IMG/VR virus record: IMGVR_UViG_3300037502_002406
Location: 1-38,979 of that record
Direction: 5' to 3' (one strand)
Length of the DNA: 38,979 nucleotides
Origin: a virus
Taxonomy: Duplodnaviria; Caudoviricetes
A program made the translations under genes and the position numbers. This document shows positions 24,609 through 34,281 of the stretch, piece after piece. The notes below the pieces were generated by a model. The model was not told the origin of the DNA and searched no databases. It saw nothing but the letters and a program-made list of their open reading frames with translations. Each line of letters starts with the position of its first letter. The stretch's first letter is position 1.

Positions 24609-25848
24609 CTTCGTGCCCCGACAGGCGTTCATGCCGTTCCACGAACGCTCGAAGCGGTGGACGTGCATCGTCGCCCATCGGCGTGCCGGGAAGTCGGTCG
24701 CGTGCGTGATGGACCTGATCACGCGAGCGCTGGCGACATCGAAGGAACACGCGCGCTACGCCTACCTGGCGCCGTTTTACAGCCAAGCCAAGGCCGTGGC
24801 GTTTGATTACCTGAAGCGCTTCTCGGAACCGGTTCGTCAGGGCCCGCCCCGCGAATCGGAACTCTCGGTCACGCTGGGCAACGGCGCGACCATTCGCCTG
24901 TTCGGTGCGGACAACCCCGATGCGCTGCGGGGTCAGTACTTTGATGGCGTGGTGCTGGACGAAGTGGGGGACATGCGGGAAAGCGTGTGGAAGGAAGTCA
25001 TTCGCCCCGCGCTCAGTGACCGACTGGGATGGGCGGTCTTCATCGGCACCCCTCGAGGGCGGAACCACTTTTTCGACGTGTACGAGAACGCCAAGCGCGA
25101 CCCCGACTGGTTGTGTCTCACGCTGAAAGCATCCGAGACGGGGCTGATCAACCCCGCAGAACTGGCGGATGCGCGGCGGCAGATGAGCGATTCGGCGTAC
25201 CGGCAAGAATACGAGTGTGATTTCGACGCGCCGATTCTGGGCGCGATCTACGCCGATGAACTGATGCGCTGCGCGGAAGAAGGGCGGATCACCACGGTGG
25301 CCCACGAACCGCTCTTGCCCGTTCACACCGCGTGGGATTTGGGGATGTCGGACGCCACGTCGATCTGGTTCTGGCAGCAGGCGAACAACCAGCTGCGCAT
25401 GATCGACTATCTGGAAGTGACGGGGGAAGGGCTGCCCGGCATTGCGAAGATGCTGCAGGCAAAGGGGTACGTGTACGGCAGCCACTACGCGCCGCACGAC
25501 ATTCAGGTGCGTGAACTGGGCAGTGGGCTCTCGCGACTGGAAGCGGCCCGGAACCTGGGGCTGCTGTTTGAGATGGTGCCGAATGTGTCCGTCGATGACG
25601 GCATTCACGCACTGCGCCTGATGCTGGATCGCTGCTGGTTCGATGCGGACAAGTGCCGGGTGGGGCTGGATGCGCTGATGCATTACCGGCGGGGCTGGGA
25701 TGACAAGCGCAAGGTTTTGAGCACGAAACCTGTTCACGACTGGTCATCGCACGCAGCCGATGCGGCGCGCTACTTCGCTTTGGTCTCACAACGCACTCGC
25801 ACTTCCCCGGTGAAGCGTGAGCGCTCTGGCTCGTGGATGGTGCGATGA
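24601..25848 (+). CDS. terL: Terminase large subunit
   Basis: AHRRAGKS (Walker A), LRG...VVLDE (Walker B), IGTPRG, WDLG..D and HDWSSHAADA nuclease motifs. Confidence 0.96.
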   Translation: MTDFVPRQAFMPFHERSKRWTCIVAHRRAGKSVACVMDLITRALATSKEHARYAYLAPFYSQAKAVAFDYLKRFSEPVRQGPPRESELSVTLGNGATIRLFGADNPDALRGQYFDGVVLDEVGDMRESVWKEVIRPALSDRLGWAVFIGTPRGRNHFFDVYENAKRDPDWLCLTLKASETGLINPAELADARRQMSDSAYRQEYECDFDAPILGAIYADELMRCAEEGRITTVAHEPLLPVHTAWDLGMSDATSIWFWQQANNQLRMIDYLEVTGEGLPGIAKMLQAKGYVYGSHYAPHDIQVRELGSGLSRLEAARNLGLLFEMVPNVSVDDGIHALRLMLDRCWFDADKCRVGLDALMHYRRGWDDKRKVLSTKPVHDWSSHAADAARYFALVSQRTRTSPVKRERSGSWMVR

Positions 25849-27746
25849 AACAAGACGACGAGATCATCGAAGAAATCGCCCGGCACCTGCGCCAATCGGC
25901 CAGTGCGACGAAGGATTGGCGATTGGAAGCGCAGCGCGCCTACGACTTCGCGGCGGGCAATCAGTACAGCCAGGAAGACATTCAAGCGGCAGGCAACGAG
26001 CGCCCGCTGATCGTGTTTAACCGCATCGGCCCCGTGCTGGATTCGGTGGTGGGACTGGAAGTCGCCAACCGCCACGAAATCCGCTTTGTGCCCACGGAAC
26101 GCTCTGACGCCAAGATCAGTGAACTGCTGTCTACGGCGGTGGAATGGGTGATGGATCGCGCAAACGGCGAGATCGTCATTAACAAGGTCTTCCGCGATGT
26201 CGCGACCTGCGGAGTGGGAATGCTCGCGGTGAATCTCAATTACGACCGCGACCCCGACGGGGAAATCGTCCTGACGCGCGAAGACCCCTTGAGCGTGTAC
26301 TGGGACATCAACTCGAGTCAGCCGAATGCGACGGATCGGCGCTGGGTTGCGCTGGTGAAACTCGTTCCTGTGTCCGAAATCGCCGATTCGTGGGGCGAAG
26401 ACTTGGCCGAAGGGATCGTCGTGGACACCGAGACCTGGGGCGAGTTCCTGAGCGATTCACTGCGCCCGCAGAACGGCGACCCGCGTTTCGCCTACCAGTT
26501 TGACAAGGCGATGCGAAGCCCCGATGACCGCGTGCCGGTGGTCGAATACCAGTACCTGAAGAAGGAACCGTTCTACCGCGTCTGGTTACCGACCGGGCAG
26601 GAAGAAATCGATCCGAAGATGTTCCGCGACATCAAGCAGGAACTGGACGCGCAGGGCATTCGCTACGTCAAGCAGACGCGGAAGATCTGGTATCGGGCCA
26701 TCGTTGCCGGGAACACCGTGCTGGATCACCAGAAAAGCCCCTGCCCGGAACATTCCACGCTGCACCTCATGTGCGGGAAGCGTGATGATTCTGTGAGCGG
26801 GTGGTACGGGCTAGTCCGGGCAATGATCGGCACGCAGGACGTGTCCGGCCCGCAGCAGCTGGTGAACAAGCTGTATTCCGAAGCCGTTCACACCGTCTCG
26901 ACCAACTCGAAAGGCGGTCTGCTCGCTGAAACCGACGCCTTTGAAGACCCACGGGATGCGGAAGCGGCGTGGTCATCGGGTGATCAGATCATCTGGATGC
27001 GCCCCGGCGGCCTGCAGCGCATTCAGCCGAAGCCGCTGGGCGATTACCCGTCGTCCTTGGATCGCCTGCTGCAGTGGGCCACACAGGCCGTCCCAGAAGT
27101 CACAGGGGTGAACTTCGAACTGCTGGGGATGGTGCAGCGCGATCAACCCGGCATCGTGGAAGACAGCCGCCGCCAAGCGGCGATGACGATACTGGCGGAA
27201 TACTTTGACGCGCTTCGTCTGCTGCGCTCGGAACTGGGCCGGTGTCTTGCCTACATGGTGAGCGAATACATGGCCGGTGACAGCCCGCAGGACTCGCGGA
27301 TGATCCGCATTGCGGGGGCAGGGTTCGAGCAAGTGGTTCCGTTGGTCAAAGACGCGCTGGTGCAGAAGTTCGACGTGGTGGTGGACGAAGCCCCCACGGC
27401 GAACCAGAAGGAACGCACCTGGCGCGTGTTGATGGAACTGATGCCGATGGCCATGCAGATGGGCATGCAGCCGCCGCCGCAGTGGATTGAATACGCCCCG
27501 CTGCCCGCGACGCTGATTGAAGCGTGGACGCAATCCATGGCACAGGCTCAACAGGCGCAGGGCCAGAACCCGCAGGCGGAAATCATGCAGCGCATGGTTG
27601 AAGCCGAAGCCGCGAAGGCCGAGTCCGCCGCACAACTGAATCTCGCGAAGACGCAGGAAAGCGCTGCCAAGGCCGCGCAGATCCTGCAGGACACGCAGAT
27701 GAAACCTGCCGAACTACAAATCAGAAACTTTGGGGCGCCGATATGA
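25845..27746 (+). CDS. Portal protein (P22-like podovirus type)
   Basis: About 633 aa; F..G.Q, RP.I.FNRI and YGLVR motifs, Gln-rich C-terminal barrel; follows terL. Confidence 0.9.
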   Translation: MKQDDEIIEEIARHLRQSASATKDWRLEAQRAYDFAAGNQYSQEDIQAAGNERPLIVFNRIGPVLDSVVGLEVANRHEIRFVPTERSDAKISELLSTAVEWVMDRANGEIVINKVFRDVATCGVGMLAVNLNYDRDPDGEIVLTREDPLSVYWDINSSQPNATDRRWVALVKLVPVSEIADSWGEDLAEGIVVDTETWGEFLSDSLRPQNGDPRFAYQFDKAMRSPDDRVPVVEYQYLKKEPFYRVWLPTGQEEIDPKMFRDIKQELDAQGIRYVKQTRKIWYRAIVAGNTVLDHQKSPCPEHSTLHLMCGKRDDSVSGWYGLVRAMIGTQDVSGPQQLVNKLYSEAVHTVSTNSKGGLLAETDAFEDPRDAEAAWSSGDQIIWMRPGGLQRIQPKPLGDYPSSLDRLLQWATQAVPEVTGVNFELLGMVQRDQPGIVEDSRRQAAMTILAEYFDALRLLRSELGRCLAYMVSEYMAGDSPQDSRMIRIAGAGFEQVVPLVKDALVQKFDVVVDEAPTANQKERTWRVLMELMPMAMQMGMQPPPQWIEYAPLPATLIEAWTQSMAQAQQAQGQNPQAEIMQRMVEAEAAKAESAAQLNLAKTQESAAKAAQILQDTQMKPAELQIRNFGAPI

Positions 27747-28624
27747 ACACTGCCGTGAACGAATCGCTGGTGGCCGAATTGGCCGGGAACCCGGAACTGC
27801 AGGCTGAAGTCGAAGCCTACGAAGCGGAACAGCAGCAGGAAACGGCACCGGAACCGGTGGACGAGCCCGAGAAGGCCCCTGAGAAGGCCGAGAAGCCGTC
27901 GTCCGATGCGGTCCCGCTACCGGTCTTCCTGGACATCAAAAGCGAACTGAAGGAATCCAAGGCGGCGCTGCGGGAACTTCAGGCGCAGATGGAAGCGATG
28001 AAGAACCCGCCCCCGGTGATCCCGGAAGATCATCGCCCCGCGTTCCAGCCGACAGTGAACTACAACGACGACCCGGCGGAATTTCTCCGGCAGAAGATCG
28101 ATTACCAAGAACAGCTGATCGGCTGGCAGGAACGGCAGATGTCCGCCACCCAGTCGATGACATCGCAGCAACGTCAGGCGATGGAACAGCAGCAGCAGAT
28201 GGCGCAGTTCGCGCAGATCGTCACTCGAGCAGAGGAACAATTCCGCAATGAAAAAGCCGACTACGATGAAGCTGTCACCTATGTCAGGAATGCTGAACTC
28301 GCCGATGCCCGCGCGTTCGTCGAAGGGCTCGGCCAAGAGTGGACGCAAGCCCACGAAGAGCAAGCCACCAAAGCGGTGATCCAGAAGTTTGCCGGCATCG
28401 CCCAGACGGCACTCCGATCCGGCAAGAACCCCGCGCAGGTGCTCTACCAGATTGCGAACGCCAAGGGCTTTGCCAAGGCCCGCAGCGCGGAACCGGACCG
28501 CATCGAGCGCGGCCTGCAAGCGGCGAAAGGCGTGTCCACGCTGGCCGGGGGCCGGGCATCGCAAGAGCCGCAGGGTGGCGGGGACTGGCTCACATCACTG
28601 AAGCGCGGCGCGGGGTACCAGTGA
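27743..28624 (+). CDS. Scaffolding protein
   Basis: Acidic N-terminus, VPL...E motif, Q-rich coiled coil and NPA..LY..A; follows the portal. Confidence 0.75.
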   Translation: MNTAVNESLVAELAGNPELQAEVEAYEAEQQQETAPEPVDEPEKAPEKAEKPSSDAVPLPVFLDIKSELKESKAALRELQAQMEAMKNPPPVIPEDHRPAFQPTVNYNDDPAEFLRQKIDYQEQLIGWQERQMSATQSMTSQQRQAMEQQQQMAQFAQIVTRAEEQFRNEKADYDEAVTYVRNAELADARAFVEGLGQEWTQAHEEQATKAVIQKFAGIAQTALRSGKNPAQVLYQIANAKGFAKARSAEPDRIERGLQAAKGVSTLAGGRASQEPQGGGDWLTSLKRGAGYQ

Positions 28625-29034
28625 ACGTCACCGATCTCATCAAGCAGCACGAAGGCTATTCACGGACCGCCTACATCTGCCCTGCCGGTTATTGGACGGT
28701 GGGGTACGGGCGAAACCTGCAATCGACGGGCATTTCGGAAAAAGAAGCCGAGATGCTGCTCGAGAACGACATTGATCGGGCGCGGGCGTTACTCAGCACG
28801 GAATCGTATTGGGCCGGTTTGGATGGCGTGCGTAAAGCCGTCCTGATCGACATGGTGGTCAATCTCGGCTTTCAGGGGTATTGCCAGTTCAAGAAACTGC
28901 GCGGTGCGCTGGAACAGCAGAACTACGCCGATGCGTGCGCCGAGATGATTCAAAGCAAGTGGTACGCGCAAGTCGGCAATCGCTCGATCCGTCTCACGCA
29001 AATGATGCGAACCGGGGAATGGCCCCAAAAATGA
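28621..29034 (+). CDS. Endolysin, GH24 (T4-lysozyme-like) muramidase
   Basis: GTG start overlapping the scaffold stop; IKQHEG...C.AG.WTVGYG and SKWY.QV..R..RL..MM.TG motifs. Confidence 0.9.
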   Translation: MNVTDLIKQHEGYSRTAYICPAGYWTVGYGRNLQSTGISEKEAEMLLENDIDRARALLSTESYWAGLDGVRKAVLIDMVVNLGFQGYCQFKKLRGALEQQNYADACAEMIQSKWYAQVGNRSIRLTQMMRTGEWPQK

Positions 29035-29064
29035 TAAAATACGCGCAAATCCCCGGGGGTTGGC

Positions 29065-29475
29065 ATGAACATTTTGCCCATCGTGGAAATCGGCGCACGC
29101 CTGATCGACAAGCTCATCCCTGACCCCCAGGCGAAAGCGCAGGCTCAACTCGAACTGATCAAACTGCAACAGGACGGCGCACTTCAGGAAATTGAAGTGC
29201 GGATGAAAGCCATTTTGGCCGAAGCGCAATCCGCCGATCCGTGGACATCCCGCGCCCGCCCCGCAATGTTGTGGACGATGTACGTGCTGATTCTCGCGGG
29301 CATTCCTGCGGGGATCATTTCAGCTGTCAGCCCCGAAACCGCGAGCGACATCGCCAAGGGCTTTAATGCGTGGCTTGCCGCAATCCCCGAGTCCATCACG
29401 GAAATGTTCACGTTCGTGCTGCTGGGGTACGTCGGCGGCAGAAGTTTCGAGAAGGTGAAGGGGGCGGCAAAGTGA
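29065..29475 (+). CDS. Holin (3TM/GTA-type)
   Basis: LIDKLIPDP, W.SRARP and LGYVGGRSFEK motifs with hydrophobic segments. Confidence 0.82.
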   Translation: MNILPIVEIGARLIDKLIPDPQAKAQAQLELIKLQQDGALQEIEVRMKAILAEAQSADPWTSRARPAMLWTMYVLILAGIPAGIISAVSPETASDIAKGFNAWLAAIPESITEMFTFVLLGYVGGRSFEKVKGAAK

Positions 29476-30302
29476 CGGTTAACGCGGTCTCGCGCTGTGT
29501 GCGGGTGCCACGCAATGTGGATGGGAAGTTGTATGGCACGGCGAACCTAGGGGCGTGTCGGGTGGATGTGGTGGCGGGGAGTGGGGCAGCAGCGTTTTTT
29601 ACGGATGGATTTGAATCAGGCGACCTCTCCAATGTGCAAGGCGGCTTTGACTGGCAAACTGCTGACCCTGACGTAACCGTTCAAGCGGGTCGGGGAACAA
29701 ACGCTTCTTACGGGCTGCAATTCCGATTTGTTGGTGTGCCAGCGGGGAGTGACTCTGGCGCAGAATGCCGGTTCGATATGGGGGCGCTTTATTCCGAAGT
29801 AACTATTGAGTTTGATTTGTATGTTCCTGACGGCACTGAAGCATGGGGAGGTGCGGCGTATTTTCACCGCACTGACTCTCCAAACAATAATAAGTTTTTC
29901 CGGCTATGGGGTTCTACTTACTCAGATAGAGAAAAGGTAGGCGCTTCTTTGTGGCGCACGGCAAGTGGCGGGTCAAATACCAATGCTGAATGGAGCGTAG
30001 GTGGTGGCATAGGCGAGAACGGCACTTCTGGTCAGCGCGCTGAGTTGATTGGTTCGGCCGACCTCGGCGCGTGGATGGCAGTTAAGTTCTATGTCAAAGC
30101 GCCTACAGCCAGCACAGGAGGCATTGTGCAAATCTGGAAAAACGGTGCGCTGCTAATCGAACGGGCCAATCTTGCCAATTATACTGAGGGCGAGTTACAC
30201 GCTTATCGATACGGCTATTTGTTCGGAGCAGCAAATTCGGGTTTTGATTCCACAACCTATTTAATTATTGACAACGTGAAATTCTACTCAGGGGTTGCCT
30301 GA
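29472..30302 (+). CDS. Virion-associated ConA/polysaccharide-lyase-like beta-jelly-roll protein
   Basis: GTGA overlap; FTDGFESGDLS, NNNKFFRL, G.VQIWKNG and IDNV motifs; AT-richer DNA. Confidence 0.6.
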   Translation: MTVNAVSRCVRVPRNVDGKLYGTANLGACRVDVVAGSGAAAFFTDGFESGDLSNVQGGFDWQTADPDVTVQAGRGTNASYGLQFRFVGVPAGSDSGAECRFDMGALYSEVTIEFDLYVPDGTEAWGGAAYFHRTDSPNNNKFFRLWGSTYSDREKVGASLWRTASGGSNTNAEWSVGGGIGENGTSGQRAELIGSADLGAWMAVKFYVKAPTASTGGIVQIWKNGALLIERANLANYTEGELHAYRYGYLFGAANSGFDSTTYLIIDNVKFYSGVA

Positions 30303-31858
30303 TGGGAATTCAAGTCTACGATTACGTCGAAATCACCGGCAATACTAATAGCGGCACGGTAGACAATCTCGGTAATTGGTATTCAAGCGATATCGACTCT
30401 TTTGTCACTTTGCCTGCTGGAGCGACCGCAATTCTTGTGTTGTACAACAACGCGACATCAGCGGGTAACCGTTGGATGGGGTTGCGTACTGCCGGAAAAA
30501 CCAATGCAATGCTGATCGCAGATGTTGTGCCTCAAAGTGGGGGCTTCGTGTGGGTTCCGCTTGGAGCAGGTAACAGCATTGAGACTTATTGCGAAGACGC
30601 AACGACTGCTAAATTTTTTATTGTTGGGGCAGTTGATGGCAGTGTTGTTTGGAATGATGTGGACGGGACGCTGCCGACAGTTTCCTCTACGTCTGGGTAC
30701 GCGACTCGTACCGTAACCGTAGACGCGGCGACTACGGCAATCATTCTTCGCAATAGCTCAACTACTTGGGCGTGGCGGCCTGTCGGAGCGTCTACGTCGT
30801 ACACGAAAGCCACCGGGACGGGGATTGTTGCTGTTGATAGCAATGATCAATTTCAGATTGACTGTGCAGCGTCGTCGGAAATCTTGGCGGAAATTCGCGG
30901 CGGTATCACGTTTTCCTCGTGGCCCCCGACAAACGAAACCCCTACTGCTGACTCAACTTGGCGCGATTCGACTCTAAGCATTCCCGCTGGGAAGGCGCTA
31001 GCGAATCTCCGCAGGACTTCTACTACAACCTCAACCTTCTGGCGCTTTCGTAAAAACGGCTCATCGTGGGCTGAAGGCAGCTGGTCGGCATTTAGTGGCG
31101 CGCGTATGTACTCGCCCGTCGATGCAAACGGGAACTTCGAGTACATCATCGAAACCGGCGGAACCGGCGACATGATGGTCGAGTCGTGGTTCGACGAAGT
31201 GTCGTCGGGCGGCCTCTCCATCACCTCTGTCGACACCGACAACGCTGTCCTGGCCAGCCAGTCCCAGGCCACCTTTGCCGGCACCGGTCTCGCATCGACG
31301 GCGAAGTTGGCGATAAAGCGCGGCTCTGCGATTGCCTACGCCACCGACATCAGCCTGTCCGGATCAACCGGGGGAAGTTTTACCGCCCCGACGATGACGG
31401 CGATGTTTTCGGCGGGCGTGCGGTTTGGCGATGTGGCCTTTTATGCTGCGGAAACGTCGGGGACGGCGATTGCCAGCATCTCGGGGTCGATCACGACCGC
31501 GACCAACTGGAAGTACGTCAACGTCACCGATCTGTCGGCCACGGGGTCGATGGGATCGCTCTTTTACAACAACGCCGTGTCGTTGAGCGATCAGGTGGCG
31601 TATTCGTCCGTGACCACGCGCTTCAAGTGGCCCGTTACGGTATCGGGGGACGGGTACTTCACGGTCAATTCATCCGGCTCACAGGCGGGCGATGAATTTG
31701 CCTACCGGATCTGGGATGAGACGGACTCGACGTGGGGCACGGAAGGCACGATTGAAATCAATGGCGGGATCTCGTCGGCGGAACAGGTGTACGCCGCAGG
31801 CTCGTTGGTCCAGGTCTCTCTGGAATCTTCAACTTTGGAAGGGGCAACACTGCAATGA
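30302..31858 (+). CDS. Large Ser/Thr-rich beta-sandwich virion surface protein
   Basis: TGATG overlap; about 518 aa with Ig-like composition. Confidence 0.55.
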   Translation: MGIQVYDYVEITGNTNSGTVDNLGNWYSSDIDSFVTLPAGATAILVLYNNATSAGNRWMGLRTAGKTNAMLIADVVPQSGGFVWVPLGAGNSIETYCEDATTAKFFIVGAVDGSVVWNDVDGTLPTVSSTSGYATRTVTVDAATTAIILRNSSTTWAWRPVGASTSYTKATGTGIVAVDSNDQFQIDCAASSEILAEIRGGITFSSWPPTNETPTADSTWRDSTLSIPAGKALANLRRTSTTTSTFWRFRKNGSSWAEGSWSAFSGARMYSPVDANGNFEYIIETGGTGDMMVESWFDEVSSGGLSITSVDTDNAVLASQSQATFAGTGLASTAKLAIKRGSAIAYATDISLSGSTGGSFTAPTMTAMFSAGVRFGDVAFYAAETSGTAIASISGSITTATNWKYVNVTDLSATGSMGSLFYNNAVSLSDQVAYSSVTTRFKWPVTVSGDGYFTVNSSGSQAGDEFAYRIWDETDSTWGTEGTIEINGGISSAEQVYAAGSLVQVSLESSTLEGATLQ

Positions 31859-32163
31859 GCGTACATCGTGAGACGGTCGCGATCTCGGCATCGAAGACAG
31901 CGACGATTGCATTCGGGAACAGGTCTTACACGCACTGTGCATTCTATGCACTGTCGGGCACGTCCAGCGGCGCGATCAAGGTGTACGTGAAGGGCATCGG
32001 CGGGCAGAACTACCTGCCTACCGACCCCAATCGCATTGACCTGTCCGCAGGCGTCACGCCCTACCGTGTGGCGGATCTGCCGATGGATGCGGTGATGCTG
32101 ATCTCGAGCGGCACGGCATCGAACACGACGATCATGGTCGCGGCGTGGAATGAGGCAACCTAA
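31855..32163 (+). CDS. Hypothetical beta-rich protein
   Basis: ATGA-coupled. Confidence 0.55.
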   Translation: MSVHRETVAISASKTATIAFGNRSYTHCAFYALSGTSSGAIKVYVKGIGGQNYLPTDPNRIDLSAGVTPYRVADLPMDAVMLISSGTASNTTIMVAAWNEAT

Positions 32164-32421
32164 ATGCAGACCCCGATGCAGAAACGCATGGCGGCGGTTG
32201 AAGCGCGCCTTGAGACGCTGGAAGCGCAGATCGTATCGGTCAAGAAAGCCACGATGGCAAAGCTGACCGACAACCCGCCCACGATTGAACACCAGTACGC
32301 GATCACGCAGATCCTGTCGGCGGCTGAGCGGCTGGCGAAACTGCGCGTGACATCCAGCGACCCTGTGGAAAGCGAAGCGTCCGGCGAGATTCTGGAATGG
32401 CTTCGGGCCATGAAACCGTGA
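32164..32421 (+). CDS. Hypothetical coiled-coil protein
   Basis: GAGG RBS; adjacent to the upstream stop. Confidence 0.55.
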   Translation: MQTPMQKRMAAVEARLETLEAQIVSVKKATMAKLTDNPPTIEHQYAITQILSAAERLAKLRVTSSDPVESEASGEILEWLRAMKP

Positions 32422-32433
32422 TGAGGCAGCACA

Positions 32434-32826
32434 ATGGCTGATTCAATGTATGACCGCGCCCGCCAGAAGTTTCTGGGCGGCGAACTGGACTGGGACACCC
32501 AGACCTTCAAAGCGCGTCTGGTGTCATCCAGCTACACCTACAACGCGGCCCACACGTCGGTAAACGACTTGGCCGGGGTGATCCACACGTCGGCTGCGCT
32601 CAGTTCGCCCACCAAGACGAACGGCTACGCAGACTGTGCGGACATCACCTTTACAGCGGTAAATGCCGGCTCGACTGCCAACGCGATGGTGGTCTACCAC
32701 GAAGACGCGACATCGGCATCCAGCACGCTGGTGGTGTACATCGACAGCGCAAGCGCTTTTCCCATCACCACCAACGGGGGCGACATCATCGCGGTGCTGA
32801 ACGCTTCCGGCTTGTTCAGGATCTGA
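32434..32826 (+). CDS. Conserved virion structural protein
   Basis: L.G.LDW.T.T.KA.L, D.ADITF and LV.YID...FPIT.NGGDI...G.F.I motifs, typical of phage fiber/decoration-associated proteins. Confidence 0.65.
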   Translation: MADSMYDRARQKFLGGELDWDTQTFKARLVSSSYTYNAAHTSVNDLAGVIHTSAALSSPTKTNGYADCADITFTAVNAGSTANAMVVYHEDATSASSTLVVYIDSASAFPITTNGGDIIAVLNASGLFRI

Positions 32827-32828
32827 CC

Positions 32829-32999
32829 ATGTTGGACAACATCGAACTGACGTTACGGGCGCGTGCCATGCAGCGCTGCCTGCGGAAGATCGGCGAGATC
32901 ACCCGCAAGCAAAAGCAGTTGCGGTCTGACGCGCGGAAGTGGCGGGAAGAACACGACAAACTGAAGGCCGAGACGAAGCGGGCCCGTAAGGGGCTCTAG
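32829..32999 (+). CDS. 56-aa basic helical protein
   Basis: Fills the gap exactly; its TAG overlaps the next GTG; not in the ORF track. Confidence 0.5.
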   Translation: MLDNIELTLRARAMQRCLRKIGEITRKQKQLRSDARKWREEHDKLKAETKRARKGL

Positions 33000-34162
33000 T
33001 GCCTATCACGCTCTTCGGCTCAACCGCTGTCCCTGTTGATAGCGGCACTGCCGCCAACGCCACGACCACAATTACGCTGACCCCGCCGGGGTCAATGACC
33101 GTTGGCGATCTGGTCTTTGTAACCTGCCGCCAACGGGGTACAGCCACCTTCAGTGTCGGTGTCACGGGCGGGCAGACGTGGAACACGCTGACGCGCGGCA
33201 CGCAAAGCACAACGACCGCCGTACAGTCCTTCTGGGCCCGGTACAACGGTACATGGGACGCCGACCCCCGCTTCGACTTCAGTGCAGGCACGAACACCAG
33301 CGCCCAGATGATGGTGTTTCGGCCGTCCGATACGGCCAAACTGTGGGCTATCGACACCGCGCACTCGATTTCAACGTTCGCTGCGGCAGCGACAATCACG
33401 ATCACGGGGCACACCCGCACCAATTCGTCCTGCGTCACGATTGCGTCATGGCACACCGCCGATGACAACACCTGGGGCACGCTGTCGGGGACTGGTTGGG
33501 CCAAAACGAACCTGTCCGCTCAGTACCGGAACACGTCGGGCTCGGATGGAAGTTGTACGTTCGCCTACAACATCGGTTCGGGGGCCACTAATAACGTCAG
33601 CCAAACGCAGCTGACGCTGGGAAACGATGCGGGCGTATATCAAATCGTCTCTTTCTACGAGTACGACGCCCCTGCCGCCCAGACCGCGACGCCCAGCCTG
33701 AAGGTTTCAGGGATCGCGTTCTATGCCACGACCCTACAAGCGCGACGCACCTTCGATGTCCCGCTGAAAGCATCCGGGGCGACGTTCTACACGCAGTCGA
33801 TTGCCGCGGGCGACATCAGCCTGACGGCAGGCTTTGTGCCCAGTGCCTTTCAGGCGTTCACCCCGCAGCTGGGGATTCCGGCAAAAACGCTGACCGCAGG
33901 ACTGGTGGCAAGTGGCTTCCAAGCCTTCACGCCAACGCTGGATGCGAACAGGGCCTTCGATGCGCCACAGAAGGCATCGGGCCTGCAGTTCTTCAGCCCG
34001 TCGGTGGCTGCGCGATCCCACGTATCGCTGAACTTTTTTGACCGCAGCCCGACGCTGTATCCCGTTTCCTTTGGCGAAGAAACCACGACGCCAACCAGCA
34101 CGATCTTTACGCCCGTTCGGCTGAATGCCGTCGGCTTAGAGAAAGTGTCCCTTGTGATATAA
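32999..34162 (+). CDS. Thr/Ser-rich virion surface/fiber protein
   Basis: T.TLTPP...GDLV motif; C-terminal repeated (AS)G..F.(T/S)P.(L/V) units. Confidence 0.6.
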   Translation: MPITLFGSTAVPVDSGTAANATTTITLTPPGSMTVGDLVFVTCRQRGTATFSVGVTGGQTWNTLTRGTQSTTTAVQSFWARYNGTWDADPRFDFSAGTNTSAQMMVFRPSDTAKLWAIDTAHSISTFAAAATITITGHTRTNSSCVTIASWHTADDNTWGTLSGTGWAKTNLSAQYRNTSGSDGSCTFAYNIGSGATNNVSQTQLTLGNDAGVYQIVSFYEYDAPAAQTATPSLKVSGIAFYATTLQARRTFDVPLKASGATFYTQSIAAGDISLTAGFVPSAFQAFTPQLGIPAKTLTAGLVASGFQAFTPTLDANRAFDAPQKASGLQFFSPSVAARSHVSLNFFDRSPTLYPVSFGEETTTPTSTIFTPVRLNAVGLEKVSLVI

Positions 34163-34281
34163 TTGCCCTGCACCTTCGGGTGTTTCACCAGCGAGCAGGC
34201 GCTGGGACTTAACTCCTGTTCTACCCGCGTCCGGGGCAAAGGCGAGCCAACCGCTCAATTTTGTGAGAACAGGAGTCCATC
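34155..34281 (+). promoter_or_regulatory. Extended -10 promoter and structured leader of the capsid gene
   Basis: TGATATAAT at 34155-34163; cUUCGg hairpin; 11-bp anti-SD (34212-34222) complementary to 34266-34276. Confidence 0.6.
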
